Origin: Alphaproteobacteria bacterium
GTDB lineage: Bacteria; Pseudomonadota; Alphaproteobacteria; Rs-D84
Length of the DNA: 44,672 nucleotides
Assembly (NCBI GenBank): GCA_017522445.1
Contig: JAFWZK010000042.1
Coordinates: 1 to 44,672 of the forward strand
Direction: 5' to 3'
Positions 1 through 8,694 of this stretch are shown here, in pieces. Under the pieces are notes generated by a model that had not been told where the DNA came from, did not search any database, and saw nothing but the letters and a program-made list of their open reading frames with translations. Positions within the stretch are counted from its first letter, which is position 1, and the number at the start of each line of letters is the position of its first letter. Both the position numbers and the translations under genes were made by a program.

Positions 1-52
1 AATCAGATATTTTTATAATCAAAACAGTTTTATTAACCAAGGGGTTTTAATT

Positions 53-622
53 ATGGCATCTTATATTGCAAATGATATGCGTGTGGGTTGGGTTATCTCG
101 CACAATGGTAAACGTTATTCTGTGACATCAATTACCAAAGTTAAACCAGGCAAGGGTGGGGCATTCGTTCAGGCCGACCTGCGTGATATCGATTCTGGAA
201 ACAAAGGTGGTGATCGCTGGCGTGCAGAAGATAAAGTTGAAAAGCTGATGGTCGAAGATTTTGATTGTCAATATCTGTACGCAGATGGTACAGACGCGTT
301 CTTTATGAATCTGTCTGACTATGAACAGTTTACAATGCCGGTTGATTCATTGGGTGAATCAATGAAATTCTTGGCACCGGAAATGGTGGTCAAAGCGAAC
401 TTTGTCGAAGGACAACCTGTATCCATTTCATTGCCCAAAACTGTAATCGCAACAGTCGAAGAAACAGAACCTGCATTAAAGGGACAAACTGTTTCATCCA
501 GTGGCGGTAAACCGGCCATCTTGGACAACGGTGTGCGTGTTCAAGTGCCACTGTTCATTGAACAAGGTGAAAAGATAGTTGTAAATACTGAAACGTTAGA
601 ATACGTTGAACGGGCAAAATAA
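53..622 (+). CDS. efp: Translation elongation factor P
   Basis: 189 aa; VKPGKGGAF loop, KPAILDNG..VQVPLFIEQGEKI..YVER C-terminus; AAGGGG RBS upstream. Confidence 0.97.
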   Translation: MASYIANDMRVGWVISHNGKRYSVTSITKVKPGKGGAFVQADLRDIDSGNKGGDRWRAEDKVEKLMVEDFDCQYLYADGTDAFFMNLSDYEQFTMPVDSLGESMKFLAPEMVVKANFVEGQPVSISLPKTVIATVEETEPALKGQTVSSSGGKPAILDNGVRVQVPLFIEQGEKIVVNTETLEYVERAK

Positions 623-1024
623 AAAAATTAAATATAATAATTCATCTGTGGACGGTTCCGACAACTCATGTAGCGTTTGTACACTACGTTGTCGGAACCG
701 TTTCACATCTAAATCATTCTATTTAATTTTTACGCATCTGACGTGCTGTGTGCGGGTGTGGGCATCTTATGTAGCGTTTGTACACTGCGATGCCCGATTT
801 GGTTTTATCTAAATCATTCTAATTTATTTTACGCATCTGATGTGCTGTGTGTGGGCGACAACTCATGTAGCGTTTTGTACACTACGTTGTCGCCCCCATC
901 CCATATCTAAATCATTCTAATTTATTTTACGCATCTGATGGGCTGTGTGTGGGCAACTCATGTAGCGTTTTGTACACTACGTTGTCGCCCCCATCCCATA
1001 TCTATATCATTATAGTTTATTTTC
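623..1024. repeat. Array 1 of a structured palindromic repeat family (4 units, period 95-101 nt)
   Basis: Core ATGTAGCGTTT(T)GTACACT(A/G)C at 668-687, 769-788, 865-885 and 960-980. Linker ATCTAAATCATTCTA..TTTACGCATCTGA lies between units. Arms flanking each core are inverted repeats: 652-665/688-701, 760-766/789-795, 853-862/886-895. Confidence 0.95.
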
Positions 1025-1954
1025 TGAACCCATTACATTTCGTATTTCATTTATACATATGTCTGTCATGGATGTGCGGGCGGCAGATAAAAAATCACGC
1101 GGATTAAAATTGCCGGGGTTTTCAGTCAAATTTTTGCGAACCGCAGCAGTAAATGCCAGACGAAGGTCGCTGTCTACGTTTACTTTGCAAATGTTCATTT
1201 GGGTCGCACGACGAATCTGGGCGGTTGGTATACCCAATGCACCAGACAGATTGCCACCGTATTCGTTTATTGTGTTCACTAAATCTGCGGGGATGCTGGA
1301 TGCACCATGTAAAACCAATGGAAGATTTGGCATTCGTTCGGCAATTTCCGATAATATATCAAATCGTAATTCCTGGGTCGCGGATGTGCGTTTAAAGGCA
1401 CCATGACTGGTCCCAATCGCAATCGCCAATGAATCTGTGCCCGTTTGTTTTACAAAGCGTTCAACGTCAGACGGATTAGTATAGCACGAGTCTGTACCAT
1501 GTGTGGTTTCGTCTTCGATTCCAGACAATGTCCCCAACTCGGATTCAACACAAACATTGTATTCATGTGCATAATCAACAACCTGTTTGGTCAATTGAAT
1601 ATTATTGTCAAGTGGCAGTTTACTGGCATCTATCATGACAGATGAAAAACCATTCTGGATGGCCTGGCGGCAAATTTCAAATGATGAACCGTGGTCCAAA
1701 TGCAGGCATATTTGCATGTTCTGGGTTATGTTGGCACCCAATATCATGCCCGTTAACATGTCAAAACCCATGTACTTTAGTGCAGATTCAGAAATGCCCA
1801 AAATAACCGGACTGTGTGTCGTGCGGGCGGCAGATAAAACCGCCATCAACGTTTCCATGTTATATATGTTAAATGCAGGTATCGCATATTTGCCCGCAAT
1901 CGCGTCTTGAAACATTTTTCTGGTGTTGACCAGCCCCAGTTCTGTGTATTTCAT
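1010..1954 (-). CDS. fba: Class II fructose-1,6-bisphosphate aldolase
   Basis: AFN start motif, HLDHG, SVMIDAS, GTSHG, VLHGAS and KVNVDSD motifs. Confidence 0.93.
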   Translation of the reverse strand: MKYTELGLVNTRKMFQDAIAGKYAIPAFNIYNMETLMAVLSAARTTHSPVILGISESALKYMGFDMLTGMILGANITQNMQICLHLDHGSSFEICRQAIQNGFSSVMIDASKLPLDNNIQLTKQVVDYAHEYNVCVESELGTLSGIEDETTHGTDSCYTNPSDVERFVKQTGTDSLAIAIGTSHGAFKRTSATQELRFDILSEIAERMPNLPLVLHGASSIPADLVNTINEYGGNLSGALGIPTAQIRRATQMNICKVNVDSDLRLAFTAAVRKNLTENPGNFNPRDFLSAARTSMTDICINEIRNVMGSENKL

Positions 1955-2114
1955 TTATCTGTTCCTTGGGTTGTGTTTGGTCGTATTATAGCATTTTTTT
2001 GTCTGATTTTCAGCCAGTTTTTTACGGATGTTCTTGACATGGGTATAATTTGTGCAACAATTATGGCATGAACTGGGGGCGGACAGAGATTAAATGCTTG
2101 TAAAGGTGTGAAAA

Positions 2115-2450
2115 ATGAAAAAGACTGTATTTGCATTATTTGGTTTGGTTGTTTTGTCTGGCTGTGCGGGATATTATGACTATTACAAGGGTGGGGTGCG
2201 TTATACCCAAGATGGTGAAGATTGTGTTTTCTATGCTGCAGAACGTGGTCGCCGCTATTCAGAAGATATTCGTTCGCTGAATACGGATAAAAAGATTGTG
2301 TATCGCAATACTGCGTGTCGTGATTTATATCTGCGTGATAATATGTGGCAGACACCGCGTACAGAACGTCAGACGTTAACGCCTGTCAATACGTCCGAAT
2401 GTGGTTGTGCAAAAAAATGCGGCAAAAAGAAATACGTGTTCGTAAAATAA
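2115..2450 (+). CDS. Small lipoprotein of unknown function
   Basis: MKK + hydrophobic stretch + lipobox LSGC; Cys cluster CGCAKKC near the C-terminus; terminator follows. Confidence 0.8.
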   Translation: MKKTVFALFGLVVLSGCAGYYDYYKGGVRYTQDGEDCVFYAAERGRRYSEDIRSLNTDKKIVYRNTACRDLYLRDNMWQTPRTERQTLTPVNTSECGCAKKCGKKKYVFVK

Positions 2451-2455
2451 AAAAT

Positions 2456-2478
2456 ATCCCCCAATTCGGGGGATTTTT
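2456..2478 (+). terminator. Intrinsic terminator
   Basis: ATCCCCC-AATTC-GGGGGAT followed by a T run. Confidence 0.8.
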
Positions 2479-2527
2479 ATCACGGATTATTTTATTTCTG
2501 TCCGGATTGTGATATAATGTGCTGGCT

Positions 2528-3712
2528 ATGGCAAAAGATAAGTATATTTCAGTCAGTAATCGCGTCAGTGGATTTTCATTTGCAAATCTGGGATTGTTTA
2601 CAGGTTTTGCAGATGGTATTTATAATGCGGTTTATTCGCTGGTCATATTGGAAATTTTCAGGTCATCTGCAACAGTCGGTGTTTATGTCGCGATTTATTC
2701 TGCGTTCTGTTTTATTGTGGGGTTGTTCGCAAATGAAATATTCAGACGATTTTCCAAGGTGCGGGTGTTCTATTTTGTGTTGATTATGTTGGCGGTGTGC
2801 TATGCAATGATGAGCTTTTCAATCCTGCCGCGTACGTTTATTATTTTAGATTATACCACAGGGATTGCAGCGACATTGGTTGGGATGTTAATCCCACTGT
2901 TTATGTCGGATTTTTCAAAAAATATTGGTATGGCACGTCTGAATGCGCGATATCATTTGTGGATAAATGTCGGGGCTGTGTTCGCACCAACTGTGGCGGT
3001 CGCAATCGCAAATCATTTCGGAAACAGGGCGGCGTTCTTTGCGTCGGCGGTTATATATCTGGCCGCATGGGGGGTGTTTAAGTATTTTAAAGTGGTTCAA
3101 CAGGATAAAAAAATCAGCCCAGTTAACCCCAATAAAACCGTTCGGGCATTGTGGAAAAATGCAATTCAGTTTTTTCGTCTGCATGGTATGGCACGTGCAT
3201 ATTTTGTGAATTTCGGATATTATTTCCTGCGGGCAATGCGGGTGCTGTATGTGCCAATTGTTATAATTGAAAATGGTTTTTCAAAAGATGTGTTGGGGTG
3301 GGTTTTGACACTGGGGATTATTCCATATTTGTTATTAAGTGAAGCTATGGGGCGTGCCGTGCGAAAGTATGGTAAAAGATTGTGGTTGATTCTGGGGTTT
3401 GGGTCGTTTGCAGTGCTGTCTGCAATGGCAACAGTTATGACCGGAATTCCATTGCTGATGATTTTTGTCGCATGGCAGATTTCAGGTGCATTAATGGAAT
3501 CTGTGCATGATTTGCTGTTCTTTGATGGAATAAAAAAAACGCAACAGACCAAGTACTATGGTGTGTTCAGAACCAGTGCAAACCTGCCCAATATTTTTGC
3601 ACCAATTTTTGGGGCCGCGGTTATTACTGTGTTTGGTGCAACACATGCCGTTTGGGCACTGACCACAATTTGTGGAGTGCTGAGTGTGATTGTGTTGGCG
3701 GTTAAAAAGTGA
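2528..3712 (+). CDS. MFS-type transporter
   Basis: About 394 aa with roughly 12 hydrophobic segments in two halves; GRAVRKYGKR loop resembles MFS motif A; start placed at ATG 2528. Confidence 0.8.
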   Translation: MAKDKYISVSNRVSGFSFANLGLFTGFADGIYNAVYSLVILEIFRSSATVGVYVAIYSAFCFIVGLFANEIFRRFSKVRVFYFVLIMLAVCYAMMSFSILPRTFIILDYTTGIAATLVGMLIPLFMSDFSKNIGMARLNARYHLWINVGAVFAPTVAVAIANHFGNRAAFFASAVIYLAAWGVFKYFKVVQQDKKISPVNPNKTVRALWKNAIQFFRLHGMARAYFVNFGYYFLRAMRVLYVPIVIIENGFSKDVLGWVLTLGIIPYLLLSEAMGRAVRKYGKRLWLILGFGSFAVLSAMATVMTGIPLLMIFVAWQISGALMESVHDLLFFDGIKKTQQTKYYGVFRTSANLPNIFAPIFGAAVITVFGATHAVWALTTICGVLSVIVLAVKK

Positions 3713-3715
3713 TAC

Positions 3716-3744
3716 TTGCATTTCTGGGTTTTTCTGTGTATGAT
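3716..3744 (+). promoter_or_regulatory. Putative sigma70 promoter of recA
   Basis: TTGCAT-17 nt-TATGAT, ending 26 nt before the recA ATG. Confidence 0.6.
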
Positions 3745-3769
3745 TTTTACGAAATCAAAGGGGAAAGTT

Positions 3770-4849
3770 ATGGCAAAGAAAGATACAGCCAAAGAAGTTG
3801 CAACAGGTGGAAAAAATCCTGCACTGGAATCTGCATTGGCACAAATTCAAAAGCAATTCGGTAAAGAAGCAATTATGAAAATGGGCGATGGGTCCCAACA
3901 AACAATCGAGGCAATCTCGTCAGGGTCGCTGGGGCTGGATATCGCGTTGGGAATCGGCGGATACCCAAAGGGACGTATCGTTGAAATCTATGGACCAGAA
4001 AGTTCAGGTAAAACAACATTGGCACTGCATGCGGTTGCAGAATCACAAAAGAAAGGTGGTACATGTGCATATATCGATGCAGAAAATGCGTTGGACCCGT
4101 ACTATGCAAAAAAACTGGGGGTCGATGTTGCAAATCTGATTATTTCACAACCGGATTCTGGGGAACAGGCACTGGAAATCGCAGACACACTGATTAAGTC
4201 TGGGGCGGTTGACGTTGTTGTTATAGATTCTGTGGCAGCACTGGTGCCCAAGGCAGAACTGGAAGGTAATATTGGGGATTCCTTTGTCGGGACAACCGCA
4301 CGGTTGATGAGTCAATCTTTGAAAAAACTGGCGGGGTCGGTTTCACGCAGTAATACATTGCTTATCTTTATCAACCAGATTCGTATGAAGATTGGTGTTA
4401 TGTTTGGAAATCCAGAAACAACATCGGGTGGTAATGCGTTAAAGTTCTATGCGTCTGTGCGTTTGGATGTCAGACGGACAGGGTCGATTAAGGATAAAGA
4501 AGAAGTACTGGGGAATGAGACACGTGTCAAGGTTGTGAAAAACAAGGTTGCACCGCCATTTCGTACAGTGGACTTTAAGATTATGTACGGCGAAGGTATT
4601 TCACGGGTCAGTGAAATCCTGGATATGGGGGTAAAATATGACCTGATTGAAAAAGCCGGCAGTTTTTATTCCTATAACAGTGAACGTATGGGCCAGGGCG
4701 AAAATAATGCACGCCAATGGTTAAAAGACAGGCCAAATGTACAACAGGAACTGTTGGATAAAATCATGGCACGTGCCGCAGGTATTGCAGAAGAAATGAC
4801 AACCGGGCCAGGCGATGATGATGACGATAATGTGGCGGTCGAAGAATAA
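3770..4849 (+). CDS. recA: Recombinase RecA
   Basis: GPESSGKTT Walker [43 protein letters not shown]; start at ATG 3770 after AAGGGG. Confidence 0.99.
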   Translation: MAKKDTAKEVATGGKNPALESALAQIQKQFGKEAIMKMGDGSQQTIEAISSGSLGLDIALGIGGYPKGRIVEIYGPESSGKTTLALHAVAESQKKGGTCAYIDAENALDPYYAKKLGVDVANLIISQPDSGEQALEIADTLIKSGAVDVVVIDSVAALVPKAELEGNIGDSFVGTTARLMSQSLKKLAGSVSRSNTLLIFINQIRMKIGVMFGNPETTSGGNALKFYASVRLDVRRTGSIKDKEEVLGNETRVKVVKNKVAPPFRTVDFKIMYGEGISRVSEILDMGVKYDLIEKAGSFYSYNSERMGQGENNARQWLKDRPNVQQELLDKIMARAAGIAEEMTTGPGDDDDDNVAVEE

Positions 4850-4910
4850 TTGTGTCCCAGTCAAATGTTGTTTTGGCTGGGTATGTTTATAAAAATAAAA
4901 CAGGGGTGTT

Positions 4911-5810
4911 ATGATGAATCTGAAACGTACGTGGGCAATGACAAAAATTGTTGTGCAGGGGCATATTTTGAACTGGTTCTGGCGGGACAGAAAACACAGA
5001 CGTATGGTACGCAGTGCGGTTATCGAACGTGAAATACCAAAATATTTTGAACGATATTTGCCCGCCGCGGCCGCCGTCAAAGAACGTAAAGTTATTAATA
5101 ATGATGCAAATGATAAAATCTTTTCGCTGTGGTTGCAGGGTGAAGAAAATGCACCAGAACTGGTCAAGGCATGTTTTCGCAGTGTCAGACGCCACTGTAA
5201 ACAGGAACTGATTGTGCTGGATGAAAAGACAGTGTTTGACTATATTACACTGCCAGAAGAAATTATGAAAAAAAGAAAGCAGGGTAAAATATCACATGCA
5301 CACTTTGCAGATATTTGCCGGGTGGAACTGCTGTATAATCATGGTGGGTACTGGTTGGATTCAACAGGTTTTGTAACCCAGGCAATTCCAGACTGGATTG
5401 AAAATGAAGATTTCTTTGTCTATATGGCGGGACAAAATGTCGGCAGTCCGTACAGTTATATGCAAAACTGCTTTATCCGTTCACGCAAGGGGGCATATTT
5501 GCTGGATGCCTGGCGGGCGATGATTTTGGATTACTGGATGCATGAAAACAGATGCTTTGATTACTTTATGCATCAGTTGTTGTTCAAGACAATGGTGACA
5601 CATGACCCACGTGCGAAAAAGTACTTTGCAAAAATGCCGCATGTTGACCAAGACCCAACACATGCACTGTGGTGGGCGTATCATGACAAGCCATATAACA
5701 AAGAAGAGTTTGAACGTGTGACATCGGGTGCATTCTTTCAAAAGACAACATATCACCAGGCCAAAAATCCAAAACCAGGAACAGTGGCGGCAGAAATGCT
5801 GAAGATGTAA
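4911..5810 (+). CDS. Capsular polysaccharide synthesis protein (Caps_synth / GT32-like)
   Basis: KIFSLWLQGEENAPELVKAC, HFADICRVELLYNHGGYWLDS and DYF motifs. Confidence 0.85.
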   Translation: MMNLKRTWAMTKIVVQGHILNWFWRDRKHRRMVRSAVIEREIPKYFERYLPAAAAVKERKVINNDANDKIFSLWLQGEENAPELVKACFRSVRRHCKQELIVLDEKTVFDYITLPEEIMKKRKQGKISHAHFADICRVELLYNHGGYWLDSTGFVTQAIPDWIENEDFFVYMAGQNVGSPYSYMQNCFIRSRKGAYLLDAWRAMILDYWMHENRCFDYFMHQLLFKTMVTHDPRAKKYFAKMPHVDQDPTHALWWAYHDKPYNKEEFERVTSGAFFQKTTYHQAKNPKPGTVAAEMLKM

Positions 5811-5825
5811 AGAAAGGGGACGGTT

Positions 5826-6599
5826 ATGCCAGTGGTATCGGTTATTATTCCTGTGTACAAGGTTGAAAAATATCTGAAACGTTGTTTGGACTGTCTGCTG
5901 GCACAAACCATGGGCGATTGGCAGGCAATTTGTGTCGATGATGGCAGCCCAGACAAGTCGCCTGCAATACTGGATGAATATGCCGTACGGGATAGTCGAT
6001 TTGTGATTGTTCATAAGCAAAATGCAGGTGTGTCCGCAGCCAGAAATGATGGGATTAAATTGGCAACTGGAAAATATATTCAGTTTCTGGATGCCGATGA
6101 TTGGATGGATTCTGGGTATTTGGAACAAATGGTCAGAATTGCAGAACAGTATCAATCTGATATGGTGGTGTCTGGATTTGTTAGTGATAATAAATATACT
6201 AAATCCATTATTTATCACAAGGAACGAGTGGGAAGAACAATCAGGGAAAAATTAAGATACTCGTTCGCATTGACTGACTCGTACGTGTGGCGGTATCTGT
6301 TCAATGCGGACTTTGTTCGGAAAAATAATCTGGAATTTAATACCAATTTGATTGCCCAGGAAGATACTTTGTTTGTCTTGGGGGCAATCGCTGTGGCAAA
6401 TATGGTTGTGACTGTGCCAGGGGTAAGTTATCACTATATGTTTAATGAAAATTCAGCATTAAACTCGCGCGAGGCGGAACACAGGGCCAAGGTTAAAATG
6501 CAATATCAAATCGGTAAAAAGTACAGACGTGACTTTGCAAAAAAACATGGGGTTATGACTTTGTGGCGAATGCGAAAGATTATTAATCTGTTCAGATAA
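5826..6599 (+). CDS. Glycosyltransferase family 2
   Basis: VSVIIPVYKVEKYL, VDDGSPD, GVSAARN, FLDADD, QED. Confidence 0.95.
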   Translation: MPVVSVIIPVYKVEKYLKRCLDCLLAQTMGDWQAICVDDGSPDKSPAILDEYAVRDSRFVIVHKQNAGVSAARNDGIKLATGKYIQFLDADDWMDSGYLEQMVRIAEQYQSDMVVSGFVSDNKYTKSIIYHKERVGRTIREKLRYSFALTDSYVWRYLFNADFVRKNNLEFNTNLIAQEDTLFVLGAIAVANMVVTVPGVSYHYMFNENSALNSREAEHRAKVKMQYQIGKKYRRDFAKKHGVMTLWRMRKIINLFR

Positions 6600-6622
6600 T
6601 AAAACCAAGGGGGGGTAATACA

Positions 6623-7651
6623 ATGCCGGCGATTTCAGTTATTATACCAATTTATAATGTTGAAAAATTCCTGAGAAAATGTTTGGAAAGTGTGCAAAAA
6701 CAGACCTTTCAAAACTGGGAGGCAATCTGTGTAAATGATGGAAGCCCAGATAACAGCGTCGAAATAGTAAAAGAGTTTGCACAAAAAGATAAACGATTTA
6801 AATTGGTAACCAAGGAAAATGGCGGATTGTCCGATGCCAGAAATGTCGGTATGCAGCATGCAACCGGCGAATATGTCTTGTACCTGGACAGTGATGATTT
6901 TATTCATCCACAGACCATGGCAATAACATATAATCTGGCAAAACGTGACGGAACCGATATTGTCGCGTTTACATACGACAGGATATACAGACCACAGTTA
7001 ATGGTGCGACATTTCCTGAAAATGGATACAGATAATGTTATTCCAAAACGTATAAATAAAAAATATAACCTGGATAAAATACCAACACTGATTACAGATG
7101 ATATATATGCATTCGCAACAGAGCGTATGGTTAATGTGCCGCGGAATAAAAAGAAGTGGATGATTAAGCACTGTCAGGTGTGGAAAAATCTTTATAAAAA
7201 ATCGCTGATAGAAGATATTCCATATATCAAGGGAATTTTATTCGAGGATTTCCCATGGTGGAGTATGGTTATGTTGCGTAATCCACGGGTTACAATCGCA
7301 AACCTGCCGTTGTATTTCTATGTGCCTAACTTTGGTGGAATAGTTTTAAGTGCAAAACAGTTAAAGATTATGAAAAGTTTGTGTGTGGGATTGGATTGTG
7401 CGTACAAGGCATACCAAGAACAGGCCACACCATATCAAATGAAAATGTGGTCCGAAAACTTTCAATGGTATTTTATCGAAAAAGCGTTCAGTAAAATCAA
7501 GTATCTGGACGGAGATGATGAAGTCGCAGTGGCGTGCCAGTGTTTTCGTGAACTGGAACGTAATGGGGTGCTGGACAGGCCACCGTATAAGTGGGCAGCA
7601 AAATTGCGAAATGATATTTGCTGTTTGATAAAACAGTGCAGATGTGAATAA
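6623..7651 (+). CDS. Glycosyltransferase family 2
   Basis: ISVIIPIYNVEKFL, VNDGSPD, GLSDARN, YLDSDD, FED. Confidence 0.95.
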   Translation: MPAISVIIPIYNVEKFLRKCLESVQKQTFQNWEAICVNDGSPDNSVEIVKEFAQKDKRFKLVTKENGGLSDARNVGMQHATGEYVLYLDSDDFIHPQTMAITYNLAKRDGTDIVAFTYDRIYRPQLMVRHFLKMDTDNVIPKRINKKYNLDKIPTLITDDIYAFATERMVNVPRNKKKWMIKHCQVWKNLYKKSLIEDIPYIKGILFEDFPWWSMVMLRNPRVTIANLPLYFYVPNFGGIVLSAKQLKIMKSLCVGLDCAYKAYQEQATPYQMKMWSENFQWYFIEKAFSKIKYLDGDDEVAVACQCFRELERNGVLDRPPYKWAAKLRNDICCLIKQCRCE

Positions 7652-7677
7652 AAATCCCCCGATTGGGGGATGTTTTT
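7650..7677. terminator. Bidirectional intrinsic terminator between the convergent glycan operons
   Basis: A run-ATCCCCC-GATT-GGGGGAT-G-T run. Confidence 0.8.
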
Positions 7678-8689
7678 ATTTTTCGAATGAACTTTTGTTT
7701 GGAAAGCGTTCCTGCATAAAGCGGGCGTTGTTTTCCAAAATTTTATCGCTGGTATCGGCAGAATCGTTTATACAGAATATCGGGGCACGTAATATCGCAT
7801 CGCGACCTGATACCGTATCCATGCAATAAACAGGAGAGTTCTTTATCTGAAATGCAAACAGGGTATTATAGATGGCGTCTGTGAATTTGTGACGTGTGAA
7901 CTTGCGGGCACGCGAATGTATAAAACGGGCACGACCATGTATCAAATCGTACAGATTAAATATCCAACGTTGAACCTCGGTATTGGTGCGGAACTTGTTA
8001 TATATTTGCGAGTCTATTTGTGGGGCAATTTTGGGATGGGTGCGACATTCAATCCAAGATGACTTTATGTATGGGTCGATACCATGTGAGGGACGATACT
8101 TATATACGTTGCGACCAAATACACGATGGATGAATTCCGCAGATAAAATCAGTGTTTGATTGTATTCATCAACACGCGATTTCCATTGTTCTATGTCTTT
8201 GGTGCGTCCCGAATGATTGCTGAAACGGACAAGGGCACGACCATGACGGTCAAAGAAAAAGTTGGGACTTAACGGACGGTTAAAAAATAAATCGTCATTC
8301 ATCAGTAAAAAGTGTTCTGATAAACCGGGAATGTTTGGTATGCACATCTCAATCGCTGTGGCATTAAAAGTTGGCAAAGCGTCAGATGGAAATATCTGTT
8401 CGTGCGGAACAATCGTAATTTTTGGATGGTTGATGTTCAGCCACTTTGGTACCTGACCAAAACCAGTGATAATATAGATGTGATTCACCCAGGGGACAAA
8501 TTGTTCAACACTGCGAAGCGAATAGCGCAACTCGCCATTGTCACGCCAGCGGGCCTCGACCGCGGCATCGCGATAGACGGGTTTTTGACCCTTGATTATT
8601 TCCAGCCATTTATCTTTCTGGGCACGCCATGATTTGTCACTACCGTCAACCCATAAATAGACCAAGTCAATTTTCATATCTTGCTTCAT
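7676..8689 (-). CDS. Stealth-family hexose-1-phosphate transferase
   Basis: CR1 IDLVYLWVDGSD; CR2 ELRYSLRS...FLLMNDD; CR4 FCIND...FPNKSSFEK. Confidence 0.93.
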   Translation of the reverse strand: MKQDMKIDLVYLWVDGSDKSWRAQKDKWLEIIKGQKPVYRDAAVEARWRDNGELRYSLRSVEQFVPWVNHIYIITGFGQVPKWLNINHPKITIVPHEQIFPSDALPTFNATAIEMCIPNIPGLSEHFLLMNDDLFFNRPLSPNFFFDRHGRALVRFSNHSGRTKDIEQWKSRVDEYNQTLILSAEFIHRVFGRNVYKYRPSHGIDPYIKSSWIECRTHPKIAPQIDSQIYNKFRTNTEVQRWIFNLYDLIHGRARFIHSRARKFTRHKFTDAIYNTLFAFQIKNSPVYCMDTVSGRDAILRAPIFCINDSADTSDKILENNARFMQERFPNKSSFEK

Positions 8690-8694
8690 GTTTG

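Noticed and set aside
652-701. Integron attC site (…CAAC / GTTG… inverted ends)
   Set aside because: AAC/GTT occurs in only some units and sits next to the loop rather than at the ends; no cassette ORFs, and the only tyrosine recombinase looks like XerD
731-745. Hammerhead ribozyme or box C/D motif suggested by CATCTGA
   Set aside because: CTGA is followed by TGG, TGT, CGT or CGG rather than NGA; no GAAA partner or RTGATGA box found
789-807. Unit 2 arm shares GCCCGATTTGG with the minus strand of the serS terminator (15462-15472)
   Set aside because: Only 11 nt; a chance match cannot be excluded in 45 kb after trying several arms
606-812. 68-aa ORF over array 1, and the 27654-27959 ORF over array 2
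   Set aside because: Chance frames across repeats, overlapping real genes, with no RBS or recognisable protein features
623-1024. CRISPR array reading, with the ~34-nt linker as the repeat
   Set aside because: The would-be spacers share a conserved core, are self-complementary and recur between units; no cas genes are present
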